Shown: positions 38,257 to 47,767, counted from the first letter of the whole stretch. The stretch: DNA of 63,929 nt, filler included, from an uncultured Methanosarcinales archaeon (GCA_964550945.1; 5 parts of 5 records of this genome joined end to end with filler, not necessarily neighbours in it), one strand, 5' to 3'. Notes: a model not told the origin generated them from the letters alone. Translations and numbers: made by a program.

Positions 38257-40287
38257 TTATGGTTGTATAGTCCTAAGATAATTCCCAAACATTGTTAGTC
38301 TTTGGTTGTTATTACCTTCACTGCCTTCTGAATAGATTTCAACATCAACATGCGGCCCAGTTGCAATGCCTGAATCTCCTACTCTGGCGATATTATCTCC
38401 TGGCTGAACCCAATTACCTAATTGAGCATCCTTATCATTAAACCTTGCATGGTGATGGGTTTCCATAAAAATTTTGTTGCCATCATTATCTAAAAGGATG
38501 GTGCCATCTTTGTTGTACAATTCTATTTTCATTGTGTTACCATAACCGCCATTATATCCTTTTTTAATGCCAACAACCTTGCCATAAATCGCTCCTTGTT
38601 CGCCAATAGCTTCTCCAAGATCAGGGAATCCCACATAAGATCCTTTTGGAGCAGCAAGATCATAAGCAATATGATTACCCGCTGGAAGGTTGGGATCTTT
38701 TTCATTGGTGCGCTCTCTAGGAACATCGCTAACATAATTAAAATTATTAATCCAACTACTACCATGATTACCTACCCAATAAAGCAAAGCTTCTGAGCTG
38801 ATATCAGTGCTGCCAGGTCGTTTAGTTGGAATTGACCTAGCTCCAGCAGACTCAATTTTATCCGAAACAGTCACAGAAGCATCAAACAAGAAATCTGATG
38901 ATTCGTCACGGCCTTTTTTATTAATTAATTGGTCTAAAGTAAAACCCGTGTTATCTTCAATAATTTGAGCTGCTTTATCAGCATGTTCTTGTGTTGGAGT
39001 GCCTGTTCCATCCCAGCCAGCTAACCTATAAGCATAATTAATCAATTCCTGGACCGTCTTATATTTCCCTTCTCTGTGGCCTTCCAACAAGGGATTATTT
39101 GTATTTTTCTCTTGGGACATTATATTATGCTCTCCATAAACCCTATCTCTCATTTTAGGTGTGTTCAACAGATAATTGTTATCAATTGATCCTAATTTCC
39201 ATCTTATTTCATCTTGAACATAAAGTAGTTCTCCTTTGTCAGAATTTTTAATCCATGCAGAGCCGTCAACATATATGAAAGGGCCAACATCTCTGTTAAT
39301 AGCTGTTAGGGTTTCTGGCCCAAGAACGCTTAATTCCGTTTCTCTACCAGAAGCTAACTGGCCTTTCTCAGTTAAGTATTGCTGATATTCTTTCAAAGCA
39401 GATTTTGTTCTAGGACCAAGAACATTATCTGGAACAAGAGCCTTGCCTTCGTAATCCTTGTAGCCCAATTCGTTCAATAAGAGCTGCAGCCCATATACAT
39501 CACCTGCCTCAAGTTGATTCCTAGTCTCAAATTTCGCATCTGCAATATAAGCCCTAATCCCAGTCTGGTAAACAACACTAAGGCCTTTAGCTTCCCCCAT
39601 AAGTTTACTATCATAAATGCATATGCCTGCTTGGCCACATTTGTTAAAAAGAATTTTTTTGTCCTCACTATCACTATTTTCAATTTCTTTTACAACCCCA
39701 TTATTTATCTCTAAGTTCTCTCCTTCTTTCAACCAGAATTCCCCTTGCTTTGCCTGTAACTTCCCCTTAACAGCAATGCCATCAACTTTTATTCCCTCTT
39801 CCCCATTGATGGTAAATTCACTATCTGAGCTCGGTTTGCCAACCGCGCTTCCCTTAGGGTAAGTTATTTCAATATTATTACTCTTGACGCTTATTTGAGT
39901 GCCTGCTGGAAAATTTTTGTAATCATCAGGAGCCAGCTTATCAGCTCCAACTGAAATAGTGCCATCAGCACCCCAATTGATTATAGAAGCATCTTTTATA
40001 GAAGCATCTTTGCTGAATTTTAAATCCTTACTGCCACCGAAACTCTGAATGAATCTATCGCCATCCACCATATTAGAGTTTTGATTGATAAGGATATAAT
40101 CCAGATTACCTAATGCATAGTTCATCTCTTTCCACTTCACCCCATCTGCATTTCCGTGCTCAAGAGCAGAGTTTATACTGTTTGGATCATTCATATCAAC
40201 TGCGTTTTTCTCTTCAGTAGCTGGCTGGCCTATAGCAAGAAAGCTGCATAAAACCAAAACTATTATTAATATTACCTTCAGTTTCAT
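38257..40287 (-). CDS. Secreted protein with peptidoglycan-binding domain and C-terminal M23 peptidase
   Basis: Signal peptide; DVYGLQLLLNELGY...LGPRTKSALKEYQ; HIAYDLAAPKG, GGYGN, VQPGDNIARVGDSGIATGPHVD. Confidence 0.85.
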   Translation of the reverse strand: MKLKVILIIVLVLCSFLAIGQPATEEKNAVDMNDPNSINSALEHGNADGVKWKEMNYALGNLDYILINQNSNMVDGDRFIQSFGGSKDLKFSKDASIKDASIINWGADGTISVGADKLAPDDYKNFPAGTQISVKSNNIEITYPKGSAVGKPSSDSEFTINGEEGIKVDGIAVKGKLQAKQGEFWLKEGENLEINNGVVKEIENSDSEDKKILFNKCGQAGICIYDSKLMGEAKGLSVVYQTGIRAYIADAKFETRNQLEAGDVYGLQLLLNELGYKDYEGKALVPDNVLGPRTKSALKEYQQYLTEKGQLASGRETELSVLGPETLTAINRDVGPFIYVDGSAWIKNSDKGELLYVQDEIRWKLGSIDNNYLLNTPKMRDRVYGEHNIMSQEKNTNNPLLEGHREGKYKTVQELINYAYRLAGWDGTGTPTQEHADKAAQIIEDNTGFTLDQLINKKGRDESSDFLFDASVTVSDKIESAGARSIPTKRPGSTDISSEALLYWVGNHGSSWINNFNYVSDVPRERTNEKDPNLPAGNHIAYDLAAPKGSYVGFPDLGEAIGEQGAIYGKVVGIKKGYNGGYGNTMKIELYNKDGTILLDNDGNKIFMETHHHARFNDKDAQLGNWVQPGDNIARVGDSGIATGPHVDVEIYSEGSEGNNNQRLTMFGNYLRTIQP

Positions 40288-41027
40288 TTTAATTGCGCCA
40301 CAAACCTGAAAACATATGGCTCCTCAATGTCAGTTGTATAATCCTTTATTGTGAAAAGCACTTTTTTTTCTCCGATCATATTTACTGCAATTTTTAGATT
40401 GTTCTGCTCAGCCAGCTCAACCAAGCAGCTCAAGCAGACAGTTTCCGGGTCTTTAACAAGCTCATTCACAATTGCTCTGCTTATATCATATATCTTCCCA
40501 AGCCTCATTGGCTCGATTGTCACAAGGAACGGCTGAAGATTATTTGATTTTTCTTGCTGGAATAAAGTCAAATCAGCATTTACATTAAAAGTGACTTTGT
40601 CTTGCGCAACTGTAGTTTTTGTTATAGGATTGCCTTCCTCAAATGAAAATCCAATATCCTCTCCAGTACAATCATAGATAAACTCATTCATAAAGTCAGA
40701 CAGCTCAGATTCTATTGTTGCCATTGAAGGCGTAATTGCCGCATTGTCAAAAAAAACCGCGGATTGTGCATCGTTATAATCAAAACCATCTGGAAGGATA
40801 TAATACCCGCCTTGCGCCCCAATCAATTCCAAAGCATCTGTTCCTACCTCTTCCATGCACCTCTGCATATACTCTCTAACCGGTTTTACATCCAGCTCGC
40901 TAACTTCATCAGGAGTTAGCTCACTCTTCTGCGTATTTAAACTTACTATATAAGCCATTAAAGACAAAACAAGGATCACCAAACCCAGGATAATAAATAA
41001 AGTTATCTGCCCCTTTTTTCTAACCAT
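40284..41027 (-). CDS. Class III signal peptide (pilin-like) protein
   Basis: RKKG/QITLFIILGLVIL. Confidence 0.8.
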   Translation of the reverse strand: MVRKKGQITLFIILGLVILVLSLMAYIVSLNTQKSELTPDEVSELDVKPVREYMQRCMEEVGTDALELIGAQGGYYILPDGFDYNDAQSAVFFDNAAITPSMATIESELSDFMNEFIYDCTGEDIGFSFEEGNPITKTTVAQDKVTFNVNADLTLFQQEKSNNLQPFLVTIEPMRLGKIYDISRAIVNELVKDPETVCLSCLVELAEQNNLKIAVNMIGEKKVLFTIKDYTTDIEEPYVFRFVAQLK

Positions 41028-41073
41028 ACCTTATTTTTGCATCAGCTTATTTAAATAGTTTACTAATCAAAAA

Positions 41074-41239
41074 GGCTGTGTTCAAAATATAGGTGGCATC
41101 AATTTTGTGAGGCTCTTCTGTTACAAAAGCAAAAGAGTTAAGAGGGTTGGCTCCTACGGAGCTTTAACGATATGTGTACTATCAGGAGCTAAGCCGAACA
41201 CCGATGCCACCCGAACGAAGTGAGATTTTGAACACAGCC
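41074..41239. mobile_element. 166-bp MITE with 15-bp TIRs and 10-bp target-site duplication
   Basis: GGCTGTGTTCAAAAT/ATTTTGAACACAGCC; TAATCAAAAA at 41064-41073 and 41240-41249. Confidence 0.85.
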
Positions 41240-41307
41240 TAATCAAAAACGCAATCAATTAGCAAAAAAACATAGATATATAAATTAGTGATATTAATAA
41301 TTAATTG

Positions 41308-42333
41308 ATGGTATCAATAAAAAGAGAGGGCATTATTTTAGAGCCTACAAAGTTGGGTTTTGAAAACAAGGGCGTCTTTAATCCAGCCTGCATTCTAAAG
41401 GGCAAGTATATCCACATGTACTATCGGGCTTGGGATGTTAATAACCGTTCAACAATAGGCTATTGCAAACTAGAAGGCCCTTTAAAAGTCATAGAGAGGT
41501 CAAAAAAGCCAGTATTATTTCCTGAAGCTGGCTATGAGCTTAATCTCGAAGATCCAAGAGTTGTCTTGCTTGATGAAAAATATTATATGACTTATACTGC
41601 TTATGACGGCAGAAATGTGAGGATTGCTTACGCAACCAGCAAAGACCTTAAAAAATTTAAAAAACAAGGCATCATATCGCCAGAAATAACCTATGATGGA
41701 GCAGAGGATATTTTTAAGGCTTGCAGCTCTAAGCTAAAAGAAAGATATTTTCTTTTTGAATCATATTTTAAGGACATAGTTGGAAAAGATGTGTTGTTGT
41801 GGAACAAAGATGCTTTTTTGTTCCCAAAAAAGATCAATGGAAAGTATGCATTGATCCACAGGATCCTCCCAGACATCCAGGTTATATATTTCAAGGGTTT
41901 CAAAGAGCTGACATTAGATTTCTGGAAAGAGTATTTTAAAAGATTGAGTGATTTTGTGGTTCTTGAATCAGAGTACTGGTATGAGTCAAGGAATATAGGG
42001 GGAGGATGCCCTCCAATAGAAACCGATAAAGGCTGGCTTATGATATATCATGCAGTAGATGACATGGACAGAGGAAAGATATACCGGGCAGGAGCTGCTT
42101 TGCTTGACAAAAAAGATCCGACAAAGGTTATAGGGCATTTAAAAGAGCCGTTGTTTTCGCCAGAAGAGGTTTGGGAAAAAAAGGGCAATGTCCCTAATGT
42201 AGTGTTTCCCACAGGCGCAGTCATCTTAAAGAACCGGCTTTATATTTATTACGGAGCTGCTGATACAAGGATAGCTGTTGTTTCCCTTGACCTCAACGAG
42301 CTCTTAGACGAGCTAACCCTTAGCAAGAAATAG
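41308..42333 (+). CDS. GH130-like glycosidase/phosphorylase
   Basis: VFNPA, EDPR, NKDAFLFP, IHR, GWLMIYH, VPNVVFP, YYGAAD. Confidence 0.9.
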   Translation: MVSIKREGIILEPTKLGFENKGVFNPACILKGKYIHMYYRAWDVNNRSTIGYCKLEGPLKVIERSKKPVLFPEAGYELNLEDPRVVLLDEKYYMTYTAYDGRNVRIAYATSKDLKKFKKQGIISPEITYDGAEDIFKACSSKLKERYFLFESYFKDIVGKDVLLWNKDAFLFPKKINGKYALIHRILPDIQVIYFKGFKELTLDFWKEYFKRLSDFVVLESEYWYESRNIGGGCPPIETDKGWLMIYHAVDDMDRGKIYRAGAALLDKKDPTKVIGHLKEPLFSPEEVWEKKGNVPNVVFPTGAVILKNRLYIYYGAADTRIAVVSLDLNELLDELTLSKK

Positions 42334-42362
42334 CTAGTTTGTATTGACTGCAAAGTCCTACA

Positions 42363-42488
42363 TGTCAAGAACTGCGGACTGAAGTCCACAGCATGCAGTT
42401 CTTGAGCATGCTCAGAAATATACCCTAATCACCAAGCGGATTGGAATTTGTCCATCAGTCAAAATAAGCTAAGGGTATATTTCTGACA
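42363..42488. repeat. TGTCA...TGAGCATGCTCA...TGACA repeat, copy 2
   Basis: 11-bp arm 42365-42375/42395-42405, palindrome 42403-42414, 15-bp arm 42412-42426/42472-42486. Confidence 0.85.
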
Positions 42489-42524
42489 CATAAATATTTA
42501 TATTAGTAACATTCTTATTTTCTA

Positions 42525-44726
42525 ATGGAAGACAAATCATCATGGATTCTATATATGTGCACCTATCCTCCAAGAGAATGCGGAATAGCCACTTTTAGCA
42601 AGGACTTGACAACAGCCATTGACAGGAAGTTCGCTCATTCTATAAAATCAAAGATCCTTGCAATGAACAACGACTTAACCAATATATACAACTACCCTGA
42701 AGATGTCATTTTCCAGATATCCGACGCTGATATCCAGGAGTATATCAATATTGCAAAGAAAATCAACATGGCAGACAAGATTAAATTAGTCAATATCCAG
42801 CATGAATTTGGCATCTTTGGAGGAGAGTACGGAAGTTATCTGATAGCATTCCTTGAGATCATAGAAAAACCTGTAATAATCACTTTTCACTCTATTCTGC
42901 CAAAGCCAGATGATAAGATGAAAAAGATTGTCCAGACTTTAGCAGAGAAATCAGAATGTATGATTGTGATGTCAAAAATAGCAGCTAACATTTTAAGAGA
43001 GGTATATGGCATCAAAACAGGCATTGAGATTGTGCCTCATGGCATCCCCACTGTCTCATTTAGCCATCCTACAACCGAAAAAACAAGAATGGGCTATAAA
43101 GATAGGATTATTCTATCTTCATTTGGAATGATAAACCCTGGAAAGGGGTATGAGCAGGTCATAGATGCTCTCCCCAAGGTTATTGCAAAATTTCCTAACA
43201 TATTATACCTCATAGTAGGCGAAACCCATCCTGTGGTAAGAAGAAGAGAAGGAGAACAGTATAGAAACTTCCTTGAAAAGAGAGTGAAAAAATTAAAGCT
43301 TGAAAATAACGTAAAATTTTATAATAAATATGTAAAGCTAAAAGAGATTGTGCAATATCTGCAGGCAACTGACATATACATATCCTCAAACACCGACCCA
43401 AATCAAGTGACTAGCGGAACACTATCCTATGCTGCTGGCACTGGCCGCGCAGTAGTATCAACGCCTTTCTTGCACGCCAAAGAGCTTGTCACGCCAGATA
43501 TTGGAGAATTAGTTAAATTTGGCGATTCAGAATCATTTGCTAATGCCATTATAAAGGTTTTATCCCATCCAAAGCTAAAGTCTGATATGGAAAGAAACGC
43601 GTATGCAAAAACAAGGAATATGACTTGGGATAATGTAGCATTGGCTTACATGGAAATTTTCAAGAAGCATGTGGGCATGTTCGAGGAGTTTGGCATAAAA
43701 ATTCCAAGTGTCAAGCTGAACCATGTAATTAAGCTGACAGACGACTTCGGCATGATTCAATTTGCCAATAACACTCATCCAGATATATCTTCAGGTTATG
43801 CTCTTGATGATAATGCAAGGGCAATGATTGTCTGCTGTATGCACTATAATACGTTTAAGGACTCTTCTAAACTCAGTTTAATCAAAGAGTATATGAATTT
43901 TATCAGCCATACGCAGCAAAGTGACGGAAGATTCTTTAATTTTGTTAACCATGCAAGGGATATAGACTTAGAGCAATGGAGTGATGATCCTCATGGAAGA
44001 GCTTTATGGTCTCTTGGGTTTTTGATCAATACTCCAGGGATACCTAATGATATGAAAGCGAACGCAGAGCAGATGTTTAAAAAAGCGTTGCCTATTGTTG
44101 ACAATATAAGGTCGCCAAGAGCAGTCGCATTTAATATTCTTGGATTATATTTTTACAACAAAGCAAAGCCAGATGTTGAAAATACCCAAAAGATCAAGGA
44201 ACTGGCTGATTACCTTGTCAAGTTGTATAATAATTGCTCATCTGATAAATGGCACTGGTTTGAGGGCTATCTAACTTATTCCAACAGCAAGCTTCCTGAA
44301 GCGCTTTTTTATTCATACCTGGCAACAAAAGAAAAAAAATATTTGGATGTTGCGCAAAAAACCCTAGATTTCCTAAGTTCAATAACCTTTGACGATGGCA
44401 TATTTGCGCCTATTGGCCAAAATGGATGGTACATGAAGAATGGCCAGAAAGCTCATTTTGACCAGCAGCCTGTGGATACGGCCTCTATGGTGCAGACGCT
44501 TCTTCTGGCAAACAAGATTACTAATAAATCAAGTTATCTGAAAGATGCTGTCAAAGCATTCCAATGGTTTCTGGGCAGGAATTGCCTGAATAGGATTGTT
44601 TATGATGAATCAACAGGCGGCTGCCATGACGGCATTGGAGAATCAGCAATCAATCTCAACCAGAGCGCAGAATCAACCATCTCTTATCTTATTGCAAGGC
44701 TTTCATTATACAAGAATAATCAGTAA
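42525..44726 (+). CDS. GT4 glycosyltransferase fused to alpha/alpha-toroid domain
   Basis: YPPRECGIATF, QHEFGIFGG, SGTLSYA; C-terminal DDNARA, FDQQP, NQSAEST. Confidence 0.88.
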   Translation: MEDKSSWILYMCTYPPRECGIATFSKDLTTAIDRKFAHSIKSKILAMNNDLTNIYNYPEDVIFQISDADIQEYINIAKKINMADKIKLVNIQHEFGIFGGEYGSYLIAFLEIIEKPVIITFHSILPKPDDKMKKIVQTLAEKSECMIVMSKIAANILREVYGIKTGIEIVPHGIPTVSFSHPTTEKTRMGYKDRIILSSFGMINPGKGYEQVIDALPKVIAKFPNILYLIVGETHPVVRRREGEQYRNFLEKRVKKLKLENNVKFYNKYVKLKEIVQYLQATDIYISSNTDPNQVTSGTLSYAAGTGRAVVSTPFLHAKELVTPDIGELVKFGDSESFANAIIKVLSHPKLKSDMERNAYAKTRNMTWDNVALAYMEIFKKHVGMFEEFGIKIPSVKLNHVIKLTDDFGMIQFANNTHPDISSGYALDDNARAMIVCCMHYNTFKDSSKLSLIKEYMNFISHTQQSDGRFFNFVNHARDIDLEQWSDDPHGRALWSLGFLINTPGIPNDMKANAEQMFKKALPIVDNIRSPRAVAFNILGLYFYNKAKPDVENTQKIKELADYLVKLYNNCSSDKWHWFEGYLTYSNSKLPEALFYSYLATKEKKYLDVAQKTLDFLSSITFDDGIFAPIGQNGWYMKNGQKAHFDQQPVDTASMVQTLLLANKITNKSSYLKDAVKAFQWFLGRNCLNRIVYDESTGGCHDGIGESAINLNQSAESTISYLIARLSLYKNNQ

Positions 44727-44804
44727 GGGCTAAGGGACATATTTATTTTCTGAAAAGAATTATGAGAATTCTAAAAAAGGTATATGCAGTTCAGCATCAG
44801 CTAT

Positions 44805-44921
44805 AAAAAATTTTAACAACAATGGCAGCGGCGAGGCAGGGGAACCCCTGTGGGATGCCGAGCAGGGCATTTTGCAAAGCAAAATGACCGTCGCCTGCCA
44901 TTTTTGTTGTTAAAATTTTTT
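44805..44921. repeat. Long imperfect inverted repeat with internal hairpins (MITE-like)
   Basis: AAAAAATTTTAACAACAATGGCAG/CTGCCATTTTTGTTGTTAAAATTTTTT enclosing CAGGGGAACCCCTG and CATTTTGCAAAGCAAAATG. Confidence 0.7.
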
Positions 44922-44933
44922 AAAAAGAGGTTT

Positions 44934-45033
44934 NNNNNNNNNNNNNNNNNNNNNNNNNNNNNNNNNNNNNNNNNNNNTTAATTAATTAANNNNNNNNNNN
45001 NNNNNNNNNNNNNNNNNNNNNNNNNNNNNNNNN
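44934..45033. other. Artificial contig linker
   Basis: N-run + TTAATTAATTAA + N-run. Confidence 0.97.
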
Positions 45034-45170
45034 CATGATTTAAGGAAGCTCACTTCTTGATTGAACTTCTCACCTACGTCTTCAGCGTATTGAGCTATAG
45101 CATCGCTATAAGTGCTCTCCTTAGCCGAAGGCCGGATTTAAAATTCCTTCTCAGGCTGAGCTACCGTCCC
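45034..45170 (-). tRNA. tRNA-Phe(GAA), 3'-truncated, with at least three non-canonical introns (45121-45151, 45090-45111, 45039-45070)
   Basis: Splicing at three BHB motifs gives GGGACGG-TA-GCTC-AGCCTGGGA-GAGC-A-CTACG-CT-GAA-GA-CGTAG-GTGTC. Confidence 0.87.
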
Positions 45171-45214
45171 ATTAGTATCATAGAATTAGTAAATAGTTTA
45201 TAAATATTATTGTT

Positions 45215-45631
45215 TTATAATTCGTCAATATCTTCTTCGTCATCAACAGGCTTTTCAGGCAGTTCATCATCAGATACGCCCTGCTCCATCCTTTCCAATT
45301 GCTCAGGGGCATTTGTGTAGACTGGCTCTTGGTTTTTGTCTGATTTTTCAATTATCTCCAGTTTGCCTAATTTGCCTGTTGTCAATTGCTTTTCGCCCTG
45401 CCATTCATTTACATATCCATTTATTATTTTTACCTTATCTCCTTCATTGACTTTATCAATCTGGTCATTCCATAAAGTGAGTTTGATCTCACCAGAATCG
45501 TCTTTGACTTTTGCATTACAGACTCTGCCTGGCTTGCCAAATTTTTCAAATTTCCTAGGCTCTTCTTTAGAAACAACTTCTACTGTTAGAGTTACGTTGC
45601 CTTGTTTTGCCTGTAAGTCTGATATTGCCAT
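45215..45631 (-). CDS. Single OB-fold ssDNA-binding protein (SSB/RPA)
   Basis: KDDSGEIKLTLWN, NGYVNEWQG, acidic tail. Confidence 0.9.
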   Translation of the reverse strand: MAISDLQAKQGNVTLTVEVVSKEEPRKFEKFGKPGRVCNAKVKDDSGEIKLTLWNDQIDKVNEGDKVKIINGYVNEWQGEKQLTTGKLGKLEIIEKSDKNQEPVYTNAPEQLERMEQGVSDDELPEKPVDDEEDIDEL

Positions 45632-45668
45632 ATTATTGTTGGAAGTATTAGTTTATTTATAAACTTAA

Positions 45669-47417
45669 TCATAAAATCTTGCCAAGATTTTCAAGTTTTT
45701 CATTGTTTAATAGCTTGGGGATCATCTCTTTTAGAGCTTCAATTTTAACTCTTACCTGTTTTGTTGTATTACGGTCGCGGATAGTTATTGATTTATCATT
45801 CAAAGTATCAAAATCAATTGTTATGCAGAATGGGATACCAAGTTCGTCTGCTCTGGCATACCTCCTTCCAACTGAGCCTGATCTATCATACTGGCAGGTG
45901 AATTCTTTATTTAACAGGCGGTATACTTTTCTTGCTTCATCTTCCAACTTATTTACTAAAGGGAATATGCCTAACTTGACTGGTGCTAGTTTTGGATTTA
46001 ATTTAAGGACAATATTTCCTCTTTCCTTGTCATCGTTATATGCGTCAAATAAGAATGCCAATAAAGCCCTGTCAACTCCCTGAGAGGGCTCAATCACTTT
46101 AGGCAATATTTTTTCTTTTGATTCTTCATCATAAACTTCCAGGTTTTGTTTTGATGTGTTTTTGTGCTGCTGCAAGTCAAATTGGCCCCTATTTGCGTTC
46201 CCATGGATCTCTTTCCAACCGAATGGAAATTGATATTCAATGTCAAAACATGCGCTGCTGTAATGGGCTAATTCGTCTTTTAAATGCTCTCTTAATCTTA
46301 AGTTATCTGGATTGATTCCAAGGTCTAGAAACCATTGGTAAACCTCTTTTAGCCAGTAAACATGCCATTCGTCCAATAGTTTTTTGTCAAGCATATCCTT
46401 GATTGACATTTTAATGTGTTCTTTGTTTTGTTTTTGGAGTTCTGCTGTCAATATGTTGAATTTGAAATTAATTTCCTTAAGGTATTTGCATTTTGTTTCA
46501 GCTGGATGGATAAAATATTCAATCTCCATCTGTTCAAACTCTCTAGTTCTGAATAAAAAATCTCTTGGAGAAATTTCATTTCTGAATGCTTTTCCGATCT
46601 GCGCTATCCCAAATGGCAATTTTTGCCTTGTTGTGTCTAAAACTAATTTGAAGTTTGTGAATATCAGCTGAGCTGTTTCTGGCCTAAGATAAGAGATTGA
46701 TTTTTCATCCTGCAAAGGCCCAACATGGGTTGTAAACATCAGGTTAAATTGAACTATTTCGTTTTCTAATTCATAGCCTGCTTTTTTGAAATCTTCCTGA
46801 GCATTTTGGATATGTTCTAGGAGTTGCTCTTTTTTTAATCCGTCTGTCTTGATTTTTAATATCTCTTCAACTAAATGGTCTGCCCTGTAGTATTTCTTGT
46901 GTTTGCTGCAGAAAATCATTTTATCTGAGAAAGAATCAACATGGCCTGATGCTTTCCACACTAAAGGATGAGATATGATAGTTCCATCAATCCCAACAAC
47001 ATCTTCCCTGGACTGCACAAAGGTTTTCCAGAAATCCTGCTTGATGTTGTTTTTTAGTTCAACTCCTAACGGGCCATAATCAAAAAATCCTGCTAAGCCA
47101 CCATAAATTTCAGAGTTTTGATAAACAAAACCTTTCTTTTTGCAAAATACAGCCATATCATTTATTGATAGCATTGTTTTAATAGGATTTTGTATTGGTT
47201 TATATATGTTTTCTTTAGGTACTACACTATTAGGAACGATGTTTTTTTTAGGTACTACTTTGAGTTCAGCTAGTTTAGCTGCTATCTCCTTTTTAGAAGG
47301 CTTTAGTTTGCCGAAGTAAGCTATGTTTTTTGATATGACTTTAGAGCCTGTTCTTTTGGATTCCCTAAGATAATAATACAGCTTGCCATGGATCTTTTTC
47401 TGCACAAGGTAGGGCAT
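45669..47417 (-). CDS. glyS: Glycine--tRNA ligase (alpha2); core starts at 47174, preceded in frame by an 81-aa extension
   Basis: EIYGG, WKASGH, LRPETAQ, FRNEISPR, REFEQMEIE, VIEPS.GVDR, GRRYARADE. Confidence 0.93.
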   Translation of the reverse strand: MPYLVQKKIHGKLYYYLRESKRTGSKVISKNIAYFGKLKPSKKEIAAKLAELKVVPKKNIVPNSVVPKENIYKPIQNPIKTMLSINDMAVFCKKKGFVYQNSEIYGGLAGFFDYGPLGVELKNNIKQDFWKTFVQSREDVVGIDGTIISHPLVWKASGHVDSFSDKMIFCSKHKKYYRADHLVEEILKIKTDGLKKEQLLEHIQNAQEDFKKAGYELENEIVQFNLMFTTHVGPLQDEKSISYLRPETAQLIFTNFKLVLDTTRQKLPFGIAQIGKAFRNEISPRDFLFRTREFEQMEIEYFIHPAETKCKYLKEINFKFNILTAELQKQNKEHIKMSIKDMLDKKLLDEWHVYWLKEVYQWFLDLGINPDNLRLREHLKDELAHYSSACFDIEYQFPFGWKEIHGNANRGQFDLQQHKNTSKQNLEVYDEESKEKILPKVIEPSQGVDRALLAFLFDAYNDDKERGNIVLKLNPKLAPVKLGIFPLVNKLEDEARKVYRLLNKEFTCQYDRSGSVGRRYARADELGIPFCITIDFDTLNDKSITIRDRNTTKQVRVKIEALKEMIPKLLNNEKLENLGKIL

Positions 47418-47569
47418 AATATAGTTTTAGGGACTACAGGTTTAAATAGATTTTGGTGTTTAGAAGATATAATGATTGGAGGTCTAAAAGTTTGTTTGAT
47501 AGGTGTTCTATTCAATTATGACTACGAGGCACACACGAACTAAAACTATACCGAACGGAAGGGGCACAC

Positions 47570-47764
47570 TCAAAAACGGATTTCTTTCTTTATCATCAAA
47601 ATAATCATAAATATTACAAATCCACTCCATAAAACCCAAACAGGTTTAATTATACCCAAAGCAACTAAGATTAGAATCACAATTATGCTTACAAGAAGAA
47701 CAATAGATAATACTTTCTGCCAAGTTTTCAAATGATTCCAAACATCTCTTATGATATTAGTCAT
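47570..47764 (-). CDS. Small two-TM protein
   Basis: 64 aa; stop codon lies inside the left IR. Confidence 0.65.
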   Translation of the reverse strand: MTNIIRDVWNHLKTWQKVLSIVLLVSIIVILILVALGIIKPVWVLWSGFVIFMIILMIKKEIRF

Positions 47765-47767
47765 TTT

